Positions 27,801 to 33,740 of a stretch of 42,869 nt of DNA are shown one piece after another; within the stretch, counting starts at the first letter, position 1; each line of letters opens with the position of its first letter. The notes below the pieces were generated by a model that was not told the DNA's origin, did no database searches, and saw nothing but the letters and a program-made list of their open reading frames with translations. Made by a program: the position numbers and the translations under genes. Origin of the DNA: a virus; IMG/VR virus record IMGVR_UViG_3300045922_000174; one strand, given 5' to 3'.

Positions 27801-30800
27801 AAAGACCCATCCAGCGAAGCTCTTCATCCTTCACCTGCGCGCTTTTCAGAATGTTTAGCCATTGATTCGCCGGTGCTTTCTCAACTTTTGCCCCCTCAAT
27901 CGCCTGTTGCGATTTCAAGTAATACCATTGACTACTTACGTAACGGGACTGTTTCAAATCCTCTTCGTCAACCGGTAAATCCTTGTACTGGATAATAAAT
28001 CTTTCGTAGAACGCATCCGGTGTCGTGTTGTATTCTCTTGCGTAATGGCTCGCCATCGCATCCCAAATCTTCAGCATGGCATCGGCTTGCTCTAACGCTT
28101 TCCGCTCGTCTCTCATCCGCTCCGTGAGAAACTCCAGAACCCCTTGATAAGCCACCTGTCGGGCATACTCCGGCTCATCTGCCCGCGCCAAGACATCATT
28201 CATGTTCAGCTCAATCACGCGCGCCATCTGTTCTGCCTGTTGCATCCAATTGCCTTGCGCAAGCGGTTCGGACGGCGGTTCTGTCGTTTCTCCTTCCACC
28301 TTCTCCAGAGAGTATGTGGAACGGTCATACTTCATAAAATTCGGGTCGGCGTTTCGTTGCGCCTCGGACGCCTTCAATACTTGATATACATCCTCAATAG
28401 ACGGGATGTCGCTCAACTTCCCAACGGCATAGTGCATCATCATTCCGGTATATCGCTCGATTTGCCCGGTCTCGCTGTTTTTCATGGTCAGTGTGCCATG
28501 CAACACCCGTTCCTGAATTTGCTTGGCGTAATTTTCGGCGTCCTTTTTCTTCTCGAAAATCGCCGCAAATTCATCACCACCAATCCGATATAGACTGACA
28601 CCTAAACTGTCCGCCACATCCCCAATGTACTGAATGTATGCGTTCCCAACCAAATCACCAAATTTCTTATTGGTGAGATGCAGACCGCGCAAATCAAACG
28701 CAATAGTCCAGTATGACTTCGGCTTCTTTGCCCTTTTATTCTGCTCCGCCAATTTCTCAAGGTCTTTTATCATCCGCCCTTTGTTGCGGAAACCGTACGT
28801 ATCATGGTCGGCTTCAAAATCTCTGCTCTCCAACGCCCGCGCCATATACACCGCTTGCTCGGACAATGCGTCTTTCGGCATTTGCCCAACGTCTTGAAGC
28901 GGCGCAATGTCATAACCGGCATTGAATCGGTCAATCCGTTTCGTTTTCTTTTTCTCTTGAATGGCGCGCAATAAGACCGGAACAGTAATATCTTTGATGC
29001 TCCGAACGTATTCATATTGTGCATAGGCTCTCACGAAATTAATCAAATGCTGTTCAGAACCTTTCAACGGTCTGCCTTGCGCATCCACCTGTCTGAATTC
29101 TGGTAATTCCTGTGCAACCAGTTTCCAGATAATTTGCTCTTGCCGTCTTTGCTCTTCAAATACGGCATCGTATGGTTGCGATGGAACGTATGTAGACTGC
29201 GGCTTTTCTTCTGCCGGCTTGACCTCCGCCGTTTCGGCTACGGGTTGTGCCTGTTCGGTCTGCGCCCGTGTTTCTGGTCTCAAATTTAATTCCGGCTTTT
29301 CCAGTGACGTGCTTCCCACCGCATTTCGATTGGACGTGTCCAGCAGTTCGGCAATCAAAGGCTGATAAATCGTCTGATAGAATATCTGATTGATTCTTTC
29401 CCTTTCGCGGACTGCAATCCGATGAATGGGAACGCCCTGATTCAGCTCAAGGATTCTCTGCTTCACCTCCGGTTCGAGTAAATCGCCCCACTCATCCAGA
29501 AACTCTTGCGGGATTTGTCCTTCCCGGAAGAGTAACGTTGCTTGTTGCGTGCGGCGGCGAACACGTTGTACGCTTTCACGCCAACGCATCGCATCCAGAT
29601 AGGCTTGTGGGTCACCATTCATCTGTTGCTGATACTGCCGTGCAAACGACTTGTTCAGACTGTCTTGTAGCAAATCTTCGGCAAGTATCATGAAGCGATA
29701 CTCTCTGGCAACTTGGGCATTCACTTCTTCCCAAGCCGTAGCACGCGCTTCGGCGCGCATGTTTTCCGGCATCGTTTCATCCGCATCAATTCGTTCAATG
29801 ACGCTCCAGTAGTTATCAAACGCATCCTTGCGTGTCTGATAAAAATTCCGGTAGGTGGCGTAAATATTCAGCAAGGTGGTTTCTGCGCTAACGTATTCCG
29901 GGCTTGCCTCCTCCGCGCCAAGTCCCTTGAAGATGCCCAACCACGTTGCCCCTTCCTGATTTTGGTACAACGTCCAGAAAGCATCTTGCTGTTCAAATAA
30001 TTTGCGCCATTCTCTTGCACGTTCTGCACCGGTTAAATTGCGGATTTCTTCGGCACGCATCTCCATCTGGAACATGTGATTCAGCCACACTTCGGCAAGC
30101 ATGGACGTTGCTCTATCGGCTTCATCCAGCACCGCTTGTGTCTTCTCCACATGCGCTTTTTGTGCGGCTTCCTCCACCCGCCCTTCAATGTTGCGCATTG
30201 TCTCATTGACCAAATCACGAACCAAACCACTGCGCGCTCTTTCAAATACATCTGCAATGTCTTGCTTCGAACGTGCATTGCGCAACCCCTCATCCAACTC
30301 ATCGTACATTTCGGGGAAATGCTGTTTCAAGAAATTCCGTTCTTGCCGGGTCAGAACATCGTCAAGCGAACGGGTGTCAATCTCCTTGAAAATCTTCCTC
30401 TCAATCGCTTCTTTGCTCATCCCGCTTTCGATGGCGCGCTTCACCTTATCCGCAAGACCGGGCTTGACCGTATCCAGCGCAAGGCGAAGTTCATCGCTCA
30501 TCCGCTCAAAGGCAACACCTTCTCGCCATGCGTTCTTGAAATACTCATCTATGCCATTTATCATGGCAATTTCGCTTGCCCATCGCTCTACCTTCTGCGA
30601 TAGAATGCCAAATACCTGCGCTTTCTTTCCCTTCTTCAGGAAATTGATGACACCTGCCATTGCGCCTTGCGCTTCTTTGGCTTCCTCGATATGTCGCCCA
30701 ATCCGTTCGCCTTTGGCAATCCCTTTCTTCCCGACAATCTCCTCCACACGCCCAAATTCAACATCGCCAATCTCTGCCGCACCAATACCCTGACGCAAAC

Positions 30801-33228
30801 GGGTGGGCTCCATGTCGAAATCACGCAAGAACTTCATGCGCGCTTTCGGACTGCGCCGGTTGAGTAAGCCGTCCCACGCCAACGTGACAATGTTGTTCAA
30901 TGCATTGTTCACGAAATAAGTCGGGTTCAACCCCAACAGTAAATAGCCTTGAACGCGCTTGTTGATGTCTATCAACGCTTCGCCCAAGCCCATCTTCTTC
31001 AAGCCGAAATATCGCGCTGACCATTCGTCTGCATGGTCAGCAAGCAAGGTAATCAGATGATAACGAAATACATCCGGGTCAAAAGCCGGCGCTTTCGCTC
31101 CATAGAAACCATCCGCAATTTGTTTCAGTTTCTTTGCACCGTCCGGGTCAACCGTAAAAGCGTTTAGCACCTCATACGTTCGCTTCCCCGCATCTGACAG
31201 TTTCTGATAATCCCCCAATGACTGTATCGCATCACGCAAGAGGGCTTGCGCTTTCGCATTGTCCCCAACGTGCAGGTCACGCAATACGGCGTATGGCTCT
31301 TGTCCCAATGCCAATGCCAATACATGAATCACCCGTCTTTCTGGCTCCGCCTTCTGGTAATTCGCCAACAACTCTTCCACCTTTGGCATGGCGTCACGAA
31401 TTGCCAACGGAACGTGTTGCGCCTCTGTGCTGGAGAACCAGCGCGGCAATGGCGCATCTACCAATTTGCCGCCAACACTCATCTTTATCGTCCCGGTTGC
31501 GGCTTGCACTGCATCTTCGGGTGTAAGATTAGCAATGCTCCTGACCAAATCCACCATGTTTTCGGGACTTTTCTTCTCCAGCGTCATCAGATTGGTCAAG
31601 CCGTCCACCGTGTTCTGTAACACGGACACGGCACGCGCTTTTGGCGTCAGACCGAAAACATTGGCATACAGACTGCTGACTAAATTCTTGTTTTCCGGTT
31701 TGGTGAAGTCAATCACACGCCCTTGACTGTCCAAGCCGGCGATGAAGCGTGCCAACGGATTGAGTTTTGCGGCTTGGTCAACCGGCAACTGGCGTGCTAA
31801 ATGGGCATAATATCGCGCTCCGGTCAATAAATCGGGAACACGCCCGGGCTGTTTCAAAAATGCTTCTGCCGCCATCGGATGTCCGGTGAGTTGTGCCGTT
31901 TTCCCAATCGCCTTTGAACCGACAACACCGGTCAAATCCAATGGGTCAAGGACGTAACCGCCAATCAAATCAGCAAATTCACCGCTGAAGCCAAACTGCA
32001 TCGTGTACCAGTTCAGGACTTCATCCGGTGTTATATCGCCGCGTGCCAATGCACGGCGCATTTCGGTCAACGCCCATTGGGTTGGCATTCCCTTTGGCGT
32101 GATAATGCTCTCATCTTGTGGTCTGGTGAGTTCAATTCGTGTAAATCCCGGCGTTCCTTTTCCGGTGAGTTGCTCCAGAAGCACTTCAATTTGCGCTGGA
32201 ACAGTGGCGTACAAACCACGTCCAGCCGCCGCGGCGGCTTCCCAATTCTTCAAAATCTCTTCGACTGAACCGTACTGTTCAGGGTCAATTGCTGAATACA
32301 ATAATTGCGTCAAAATACCAAGCAATTCCTGACTTTTACGGTACGGCTCATCTAGCAATGCCAATGCTTTCAACCAACCGGGCTCTTGATACACGCCGCC
32401 GCTGGCAATGATTTGTTGGGCGCGCTCCATCTCCTTGTACTGCGCCACGCCAAGTCCAGCACCACCCGCCAATCCGATGACACCACCAACCGGGCCCGCA
32501 AAAGCAAGACCTAAAATCCCGAAATTGAGTGCCGATTGTGCCGCCTGACCGGGCATGGTGCGGAAGATTGCCAATGCGGCTTTCTTCCAATCCGGCAATT
32601 GCTTCCACGTTTCCTCGTCAATCCCATACTGCGTCCAGGGCCCCACTGTGCCAACCTGTTTTGGCGGCACATACAAGCCAATATTCTTGGCTACCTCGAA
32701 CGACCGTGCCAATTGCTGACGTTCCCAATCCGGTATCGCTTCAATCGGCGGTGCAGGCATTTGCTTTACAAAATCGTGAAGCGGGTCATCCTTGCTGATT
32801 TGTCCCCAATTTATCCAGTCATCGCCGTATCTGGCGGTCAATTCTTTGTAAGCGGCTTCCAGTTTCGGCATGTCCAGCCATGCAGGCGGTTGAATGTCCG
32901 GCATGGTCTTGATGGCATTGTAGTATCGTCCAATCCGGCGTGCATCCGTCCAGAAATTCCCACCGGAGTTCCGGTCTTGCGCCACCCAATATTCTCCCAT
33001 CGGGCCCGGAATTTGCGGACGCGCAATTTCCATGCCCATTTCGGCGAACCGTTGTTGTACCAACGGATTATTGATGAACTCCTGCGATACATTCCAGAAA
33101 TACTCACCACCCGGCAGGTTAAAACGACCCACACCGGGCGATTTCTGATACTGCTCCGGCGTGTATTTGGGTGCTGGAATAGGAGTAATTTTGTTTGTCG
33201 GTGCGCCGTATGGGATTTTGGTTGCCAT
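18877..33228 (-). CDS. Giant multidomain virion-associated 'polyvalent' protein (4,783 aa) in the minor-head-protein (MuF) slot
   Basis: An uninterrupted reading frame of 14.35 kb. The likely start is ATG 33228 (MATKIPYG...) after GGAGGAT, overlapping the upstream stop (TGATG); the track start at 33261 has no RBS. It lies between the portal block and scaffold/capsid. It contains a glycine-zipper TM segment, a GGDEF-like domain, three repeated modules, an HExxH zincin and a ParB-like domain. Confidence 0.85.
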   Translation of the reverse strand: MATKIPYGAPTNKITPIPAPKYTPEQYQKSPGVGRFNLPGGEYFWNVSQEFINNPLVQQRFAEMGMEIARPQIPGPMGEYWVAQDRNSGGNFWTDARRIGRYYNAIKTMPDIQPPAWLDMPKLEAAYKELTARYGDDWINWGQISKDDPLHDFVKQMPAPPIEAIPDWERQQLARSFEVAKNIGLYVPPKQVGTVGPWTQYGIDEETWKQLPDWKKAALAIFRTMPGQAAQSALNFGILGLAFAGPVGGVIGLAGGAGLGVAQYKEMERAQQIIASGGVYQEPGWLKALALLDEPYRKSQELLGILTQLLYSAIDPEQYGSVEEILKNWEAAAAAGRGLYATVPAQIEVLLEQLTGKGTPGFTRIELTRPQDESIITPKGMPTQWALTEMRRALARGDITPDEVLNWYTMQFGFSGEFADLIGGYVLDPLDLTGVVGSKAIGKTAQLTGHPMAAEAFLKQPGRVPDLLTGARYYAHLARQLPVDQAAKLNPLARFIAGLDSQGRVIDFTKPENKNLVSSLYANVFGLTPKARAVSVLQNTVDGLTNLMTLEKKSPENMVDLVRSIANLTPEDAVQAATGTIKMSVGGKLVDAPLPRWFSSTEAQHVPLAIRDAMPKVEELLANYQKAEPERRVIHVLALALGQEPYAVLRDLHVGDNAKAQALLRDAIQSLGDYQKLSDAGKRTYEVLNAFTVDPDGAKKLKQIADGFYGAKAPAFDPDVFRYHLITLLADHADEWSARYFGLKKMGLGEALIDINKRVQGYLLLGLNPTYFVNNALNNIVTLAWDGLLNRRSPKARMKFLRDFDMEPTRLRQGIGAAEIGDVEFGRVEEIVGKKGIAKGERIGRHIEEAKEAQGAMAGVINFLKKGKKAQVFGILSQKVERWASEIAMINGIDEYFKNAWREGVAFERMSDELRLALDTVKPGLADKVKRAIESGMSKEAIERKIFKEIDTRSLDDVLTRQERNFLKQHFPEMYDELDEGLRNARSKQDIADVFERARSGLVRDLVNETMRNIEGRVEEAAQKAHVEKTQAVLDEADRATSMLAEVWLNHMFQMEMRAEEIRNLTGAERAREWRKLFEQQDAFWTLYQNQEGATWLGIFKGLGAEEASPEYVSAETTLLNIYATYRNFYQTRKDAFDNYWSVIERIDADETMPENMRAEARATAWEEVNAQVAREYRFMILAEDLLQDSLNKSFARQYQQQMNGDPQAYLDAMRWRESVQRVRRRTQQATLLFREGQIPQEFLDEWGDLLEPEVKQRILELNQGVPIHRIAVRERERINQIFYQTIYQPLIAELLDTSNRNAVGSTSLEKPELNLRPETRAQTEQAQPVAETAEVKPAEEKPQSTYVPSQPYDAVFEEQRRQEQIIWKLVAQELPEFRQVDAQGRPLKGSEQHLINFVRAYAQYEYVRSIKDITVPVLLRAIQEKKKTKRIDRFNAGYDIAPLQDVGQMPKDALSEQAVYMARALESRDFEADHDTYGFRNKGRMIKDLEKLAEQNKRAKKPKSYWTIAFDLRGLHLTNKKFGDLVGNAYIQYIGDVADSLGVSLYRIGGDEFAAIFEKKKDAENYAKQIQERVLHGTLTMKNSETGQIERYTGMMMHYAVGKLSDIPSIEDVYQVLKASEAQRNADPNFMKYDRSTYSLEKVEGETTEPPSEPLAQGNWMQQAEQMARVIELNMNDVLARADEPEYARQVAYQGVLEFLTERMRDERKALEQADAMLKIWDAMASHYAREYNTTPDAFYERFIIQYKDLPVDEEDLKQSRYVSSQWYYLKSQQAIEGAKVEKAPANQWLNILKSAQVKDEELRWMGLSNYLASKGNEVVTKQDLIDYLETEATQVMSVKDFSIRRKYFPKYELYSTYRETIRRGKDSADLREKFLGYNELLLQLPLYYTDSLPPDVELVPDNVLKGGYAIRDKYYGTVYEVDKTPHEAIRNFILGNYVYQSPHWSELNPIVHVRYTGFQHAGRTILYIDEIQSDWHQAGRRYGYFGELDRTLPEGYKIVDTGDTLGEKRIYAILDKRGLAITQIDSGDFERYQETGILPRYAALWIAQVENKVPPAPFSKNWDELAIKRMLRYAIEEGYSMIAISPGKVHEERWDLSKGIERLQVTFEDDGTGKPDFTKSVTLLIYPTEGKNEIERVNTYRELPSYIGEKLTEHVMQKADEGQILIDVDKEMLKTANAGVGKFYDERLIATANKYLKKWGKAFQYKEDALPFLWEPGAWVLDVDEPRMIDDLLAGQPLFQRVGNKWYSSKLLEEIDKARVNKATIGEWKRYLLGRGVSENEIYWSGVFDLFDDNDILTRGWLRQEIEYRYPDVKTLYNRAKRFGREKEKIADIEQSGKPIYGEYSYVAQSGGDYVELLLLNEHQGRTWSVAGDARVFADNPYDVTKLEALELLRTAVRQKERWARLHGEKLDVEWRTSKDGRSIEVYVDRELLASAQLNINFRHAWSDVAGTHWRKAGYWADRLLDKNEPLPFLHVRGGKIRTKNGKKAFFAEEIQSDLFQAKKLEFVNAEDGLPQRVERLDPTKFSFQLHFEKTIDDYALPREPEVALYDIYYNGIKTGRQAAGWLVERFKENPDEIISYLEQKKDFTYVIYGKKVLFFADESDLYYDPERYFRNFVNDFPFSDTKKWVELGLKRALHYAVKATDADYFILPSGVMNAALYYNTKKSPEKIEIMIAKNAPYLYQLLVDDDYSKGIFGYGRVNYLPSDPETNTAITLVNNPEHRAFLKNQLKEYIPHEHMIDQILDALVKQLQSGKYTEGKADYFNYLTVTIKLPKDNGVVITENPGLVYFYDKVVQSVATKLFKKWNVVPETETVKTEKLGKVDLTKIPITWEMRHSVEEGLPLFQRRKSPDEPASWYYSPTFRAVETMPQERMSSGQFLGYLKKRGLSREEMLWTGLDEYIARKDYVTKAELMEYLQRNSVELATLTKIEGLTRKNLEKLVLKVDDIMRSLKEKNPQFREERPTVWKRLLEEQMGLGRTKYEQYMPKFSELKYGSGKNYREFVLVPITMRDAYRGTIRIERAGMPDITKTLDVHSLKLNIYDTFRVYGLENLIDYKVEPDGKVELRFRSSEKPDNIFKITYEKEKMPDARTAIYRSTHFEDYGIVAHARTKELTLDTGERVLYVDEIQSDFFEELRQKQKQFEADKETKTSPQMADKILREFGYQEMPFAKKWDILVFKRMLHYAAERKMDGILIASGDIHTRRYAVPIEKIEIRNTGDGFHKLEYYVYTPDEGYEYLFSEYVRLPVENAAQVLHDRLNKSLVDGEFSLEHINRLLKEGNITFNRLSYDTTHGGLKKFYDEILPRKIEDYVKKWGVEPEAMYLPGEPNEFLFVPITDAMRRSVLEGQPLFSRRPADEDIPKGMTQFMKDGKALITIFKQSGDISTLVHETAHSFLTMLPKDDIAAVERWLKSVYQIEDLPEGWQYGTRTHRREKELFATAFEKYLAEGKAPNHRMKSIFEKFKRWLLDIYKSIRNIISGGEPIVLDENIRSVFDKWLSEEPYGLPKTKVDKEFENATYVHDLMSQPEVPVLRQEVPQPEQASRLTTARGQDVNKVYHFEYQVVPLDQLVISHLDNFSENPAYPSELQPRVRGRAASRDQVNRIASELSPGELLNDSPYIDRGPIIVGPDFVVESGNGRAMALRFAKENYPDKWQQYQNALAMRAQELGIDISGIENPILVRVRKDDVDRAAFAREANQIAVMAMSPAEKALQDAKFISDEALKNIQFPENVNEVVPIIASSKNADFVRSFVQQLPANERASMMDASGRLSSVGAQRIINAMFARVYANEAGARLITAFSESLDVSIRSLQSVLFRTLPAMANLEAQIGMGVVSPEYSIANDLSAAVDVIARLKQQGMSVKEFLSQATLFPTDDLTGFQRSLVKMIDDVGRETRKLDAVIRTYVDMALKQPPANQMTMFDVGRISKQDLFDAAASRNNVRFEVIQDVPRETARTVTEPPAETAPVAPVGEVMDSTAGRQPEPAGEPITELFGEQPVREQPVGEPVGEQPTGEQPAGEQPRVADAVGAPLGTYDSMRDAPMRDAMLEGTLRDVLPILDRAKNRALDAFSPEKAGGVRIPKETEDNLWRYLGGVYSNLADTRMGAIRWGETRRDFALLNYDRRHGYDTLLSAVFPYQFWYTRTMINWLLRMANKPSILANYYRLMRMASRREEKDGFPQRLKGKVPIPLPFLPEWMGQYGYVDPYRQIFPFLQLATPFVEIAEERNMLIRKTESILKEMRDNEEITDAQLQEALRKRNTPIWKRAYAQAENETEREYRNSADMLFSIYGPSLPIGIAYQYAMGTPERIGQMPLTRTIQNITGALGIGGPRGINIEGLVRTATGLPKIDRWEDYRVDRELSNMVADGLLDEQTAIRAMIERKGEAFEEAQRRVSQTGFVRMLGAGVALDIFPEGEAEMRALKNELTKAYEAQEKGDTQAVNKFWEKYPEYDARRMAMKNPQSRLRAFLISRIWERYLDLDPASQRMFKQMAGNKFTELFLDKKTRSYGSIDTDTLALWANTLGEKPLENVHDAKMEINWLPENVRAKVKQYYEERDRLFPRSETPQQTDPLRALFEKQPENNEEFIRWQNKYLAENPEIIPYVIGENNRLAGLPAEIQQYVYMYRAMRDELFPDIFQLQERYFALPQQQRRAFRAAHPELEQYWEFQRNFAAQYPKAAPYILTDESLARSILGERGGGRTSTGTGTGGTSRSVSPKPARPYLTPSELRRFSRGLIMQLYALKYRREALLPGARLEIERIWRSLGEPWGNLEDWIDNAVLPTIE
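21160..21255. repeat. Short imperfect tandem repeats encoding a Pro/Glu/Gly-rich linker (GEQPx units)
   Basis: The protein reads ELFGEQPVREQPVGEPVGEQPTGEQPAGEQPRV. The DNA shows reiterated ggctgttctcc / ggttgctctcc / gggttctcc units. Confidence 0.7.
22160..22557 (-). other. ParB/sulfiredoxin-fold (ParB-like nuclease, DdrB-type) domain
   Basis: VPLDQLVISH...ELQPRVRGRAASRDQVNRIASELSPGELLNDSPYIDRGPIIVGPDFVVESGNGRAMALRFA contains the LQPRxR and (S)GNGR motifs characteristic of ParB-like domains in polyvalent proteins. Confidence 0.6.
22800..23140 (-). other. Zincin-like metallopeptidase domain (HExxH) of the type found in phage/plasmid polyvalent proteins
   Basis: ISTLVHETAHSFL places HETAH at 23041..23055. 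It is followed by ELFATAFEKYLAEGKAPNHRMKSIFEKFKRWLLDIYKSI, which matches the HExxH ... ExFAxxFExY pattern I associate with polyvalent-protein metallopeptidases. Confidence 0.6.
23158..24651 (-). other. Repeated module copy 3 (about 498 aa) in the giant protein
   Basis: Ordered motifs are WYYSPTFRAVE...QFLGYLKKRGLSREEMLWTGLDEYI, then AHART...VLYVDEIQSDFFE, PFAKKWDILVFKRMLHYAAERKMDGILIASG, KFYDEILPRKIEDYVKKWG and GQPLFSRR. Confidence 0.7.
24652..26495 (-). other. Repeated module copy 2 (about 614 aa) in the giant protein
   Basis: Ordered motifs are WYSSKLLEEIDKA...EWKRYLLGRGVSENEIYWSGVFDLF, then LHVRG...FFAEEIQSDLFQ, PFSDTKKWVELGLKRALHYAVKATDADYFILPSG, YFYDKVVQSVATKLFKKWN and GLPLFQRR. Confidence 0.7.
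26496..27936 (-). other. Repeated module copy 1 (about 480 aa) of unknown function in the giant protein
   Basis: Ordered motifs are WYYLKSQQAIEG...QWLNILKSAQVKDEELRWMGLSNYL, then HVRY...ILYIDEIQSDWHQ, PFSKNWDELAIKRMLRYAIEEGYSMIAISPG, KFYDERLIATANKYLKKWG and GQPLFQR. Confidence 0.7.
28420..28820 (-). other. GGDEF-type (diguanylate-cyclase-like) nucleotide cyclase domain within the giant protein
   Basis: HDTYGFRNKGRMIKDLEKL (compare DxLTGLxNRR) ... YWTIAFDLRGLHLTNKKFGDLVGNAYIQYIGDVA (compare DIDxFKxxNDxxGHxxGD) ... VSLYRIGGDEFAAIF (a literal GGDEF at 28567..28581) ... MMHYAVGK (compare SIGVA). Confidence 0.75.
32440..32590 (-). other. Glycine-zipper / hydrophobic segment within the giant protein
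   Basis: ALAIFRTMPGQAAQSALNFGILGLAFAGPVGGVIGLAGGAGLGVAQY is the only strongly hydrophobic Gly-rich stretch near the N-terminus (roughly residues 215-260). Confidence 0.5.
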
Positions 33229-33740
33229 CAAATCCTCCAATTCATGACCGCAAGATACCATTCAGGTAGTTGATTTGTGCCGGCTCCGCCGCCATAGCCG
33301 CCACCATAGCCACCACCGCCACCACCGGCGAAATTGACCGGAGATGGTCTGGTTTCCTGCATCGGATAATTCAATGCCATCGCCGTCAGCCGCTGACCAT
33401 AGGTACGCCATCCACGTTGATTGGCATAATACCTTGCCCAATCCATCGGCGTCCAGTACTTCTGCTGGTAAGTGTAACGGTTGACCATTTCTTTATTGGT
33501 GTAGTAACGCGCCAATGCGTTCATCCGTGCAGAATACGCCTGTTGTGGTCTGTACGTCTGCGCCAACCCTGTCATCCGTTGGGCATACGCATTCTGCGAA
33601 CGCGATTGTTGCGTTAACGTCTGTGCTGTCGGTGCAAAAGACGGTGGTCTGGTGTAATTCCCCAATCCAGTACTGCCACCGCCACCCGTAGAAACACGGT
33701 CAATCAAATTCCTCATCCATTCAGGAATATTGCTTGCCAT
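33228..33740 (-). CDS. Hypothetical head-module protein (170 aa) with three 13-aa repeats and a Gly/Tyr-rich tail
   Basis: ATG at 33740 (MASNIPEWMRN...) after GGAGGAG. The repeats are AYAQRMTGLAQTY, AYSARMNALARYY and TYGQRLTAMALNY. The C-terminus reads FAGGGGGGYGGGYGGGAG. Confidence 0.65.
   Translation of the reverse strand: MASNIPEWMRNLIDRVSTGGGGSTGLGNYTRPPSFAPTAQTLTQQSRSQNAYAQRMTGLAQTYRPQQAYSARMNALARYYTNKEMVNRYTYQQKYWTPMDWARYYANQRGWRTYGQRLTAMALNYPMQETRPSPVNFAGGGGGGYGGGYGGGAGTNQLPEWYLAVMNWRI

Noticed and set aside
31890-31930. Walker-A-like string GSKAIGKT (GxxxxGKT) in the N-terminal third of the giant protein.
   Set aside because: It is not preceded by a hydrophobic beta-strand, and no Walker B or helicase/ATPase motif follows in register. 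A single 8-residue match in 4,783 aa is expected by chance.
19667-32798. Numerous plus-strand ORFs of 60-245 aa antisense to the giant gene (for example 30101..30793, 20936..21586, 32536..33273).
   Set aside because: They lack RBSs and have Ser/Arg/Cys/Leu-rich antisense-type composition. They are fully contained in a long, motif-bearing ORF on the other strand.
18877-33228. The giant ORF as a tape measure protein, or as an N4-like virion RNA polymerase.
   Set aside because: I recognise no tail tube, sheath or tail-assembly chaperone genes, and the ORF lies in the head module between portal and scaffold rather than in a tail module. I could not find T7/N4-type polymerase motifs (T/DxxGR, Rx3Kx6-7YG, catalytic Asp pairs in context) or two-barrel DxDxD signatures by eye. 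The palm-like element present is a GGDEF cyclase-type domain. A profile search could still overturn this.
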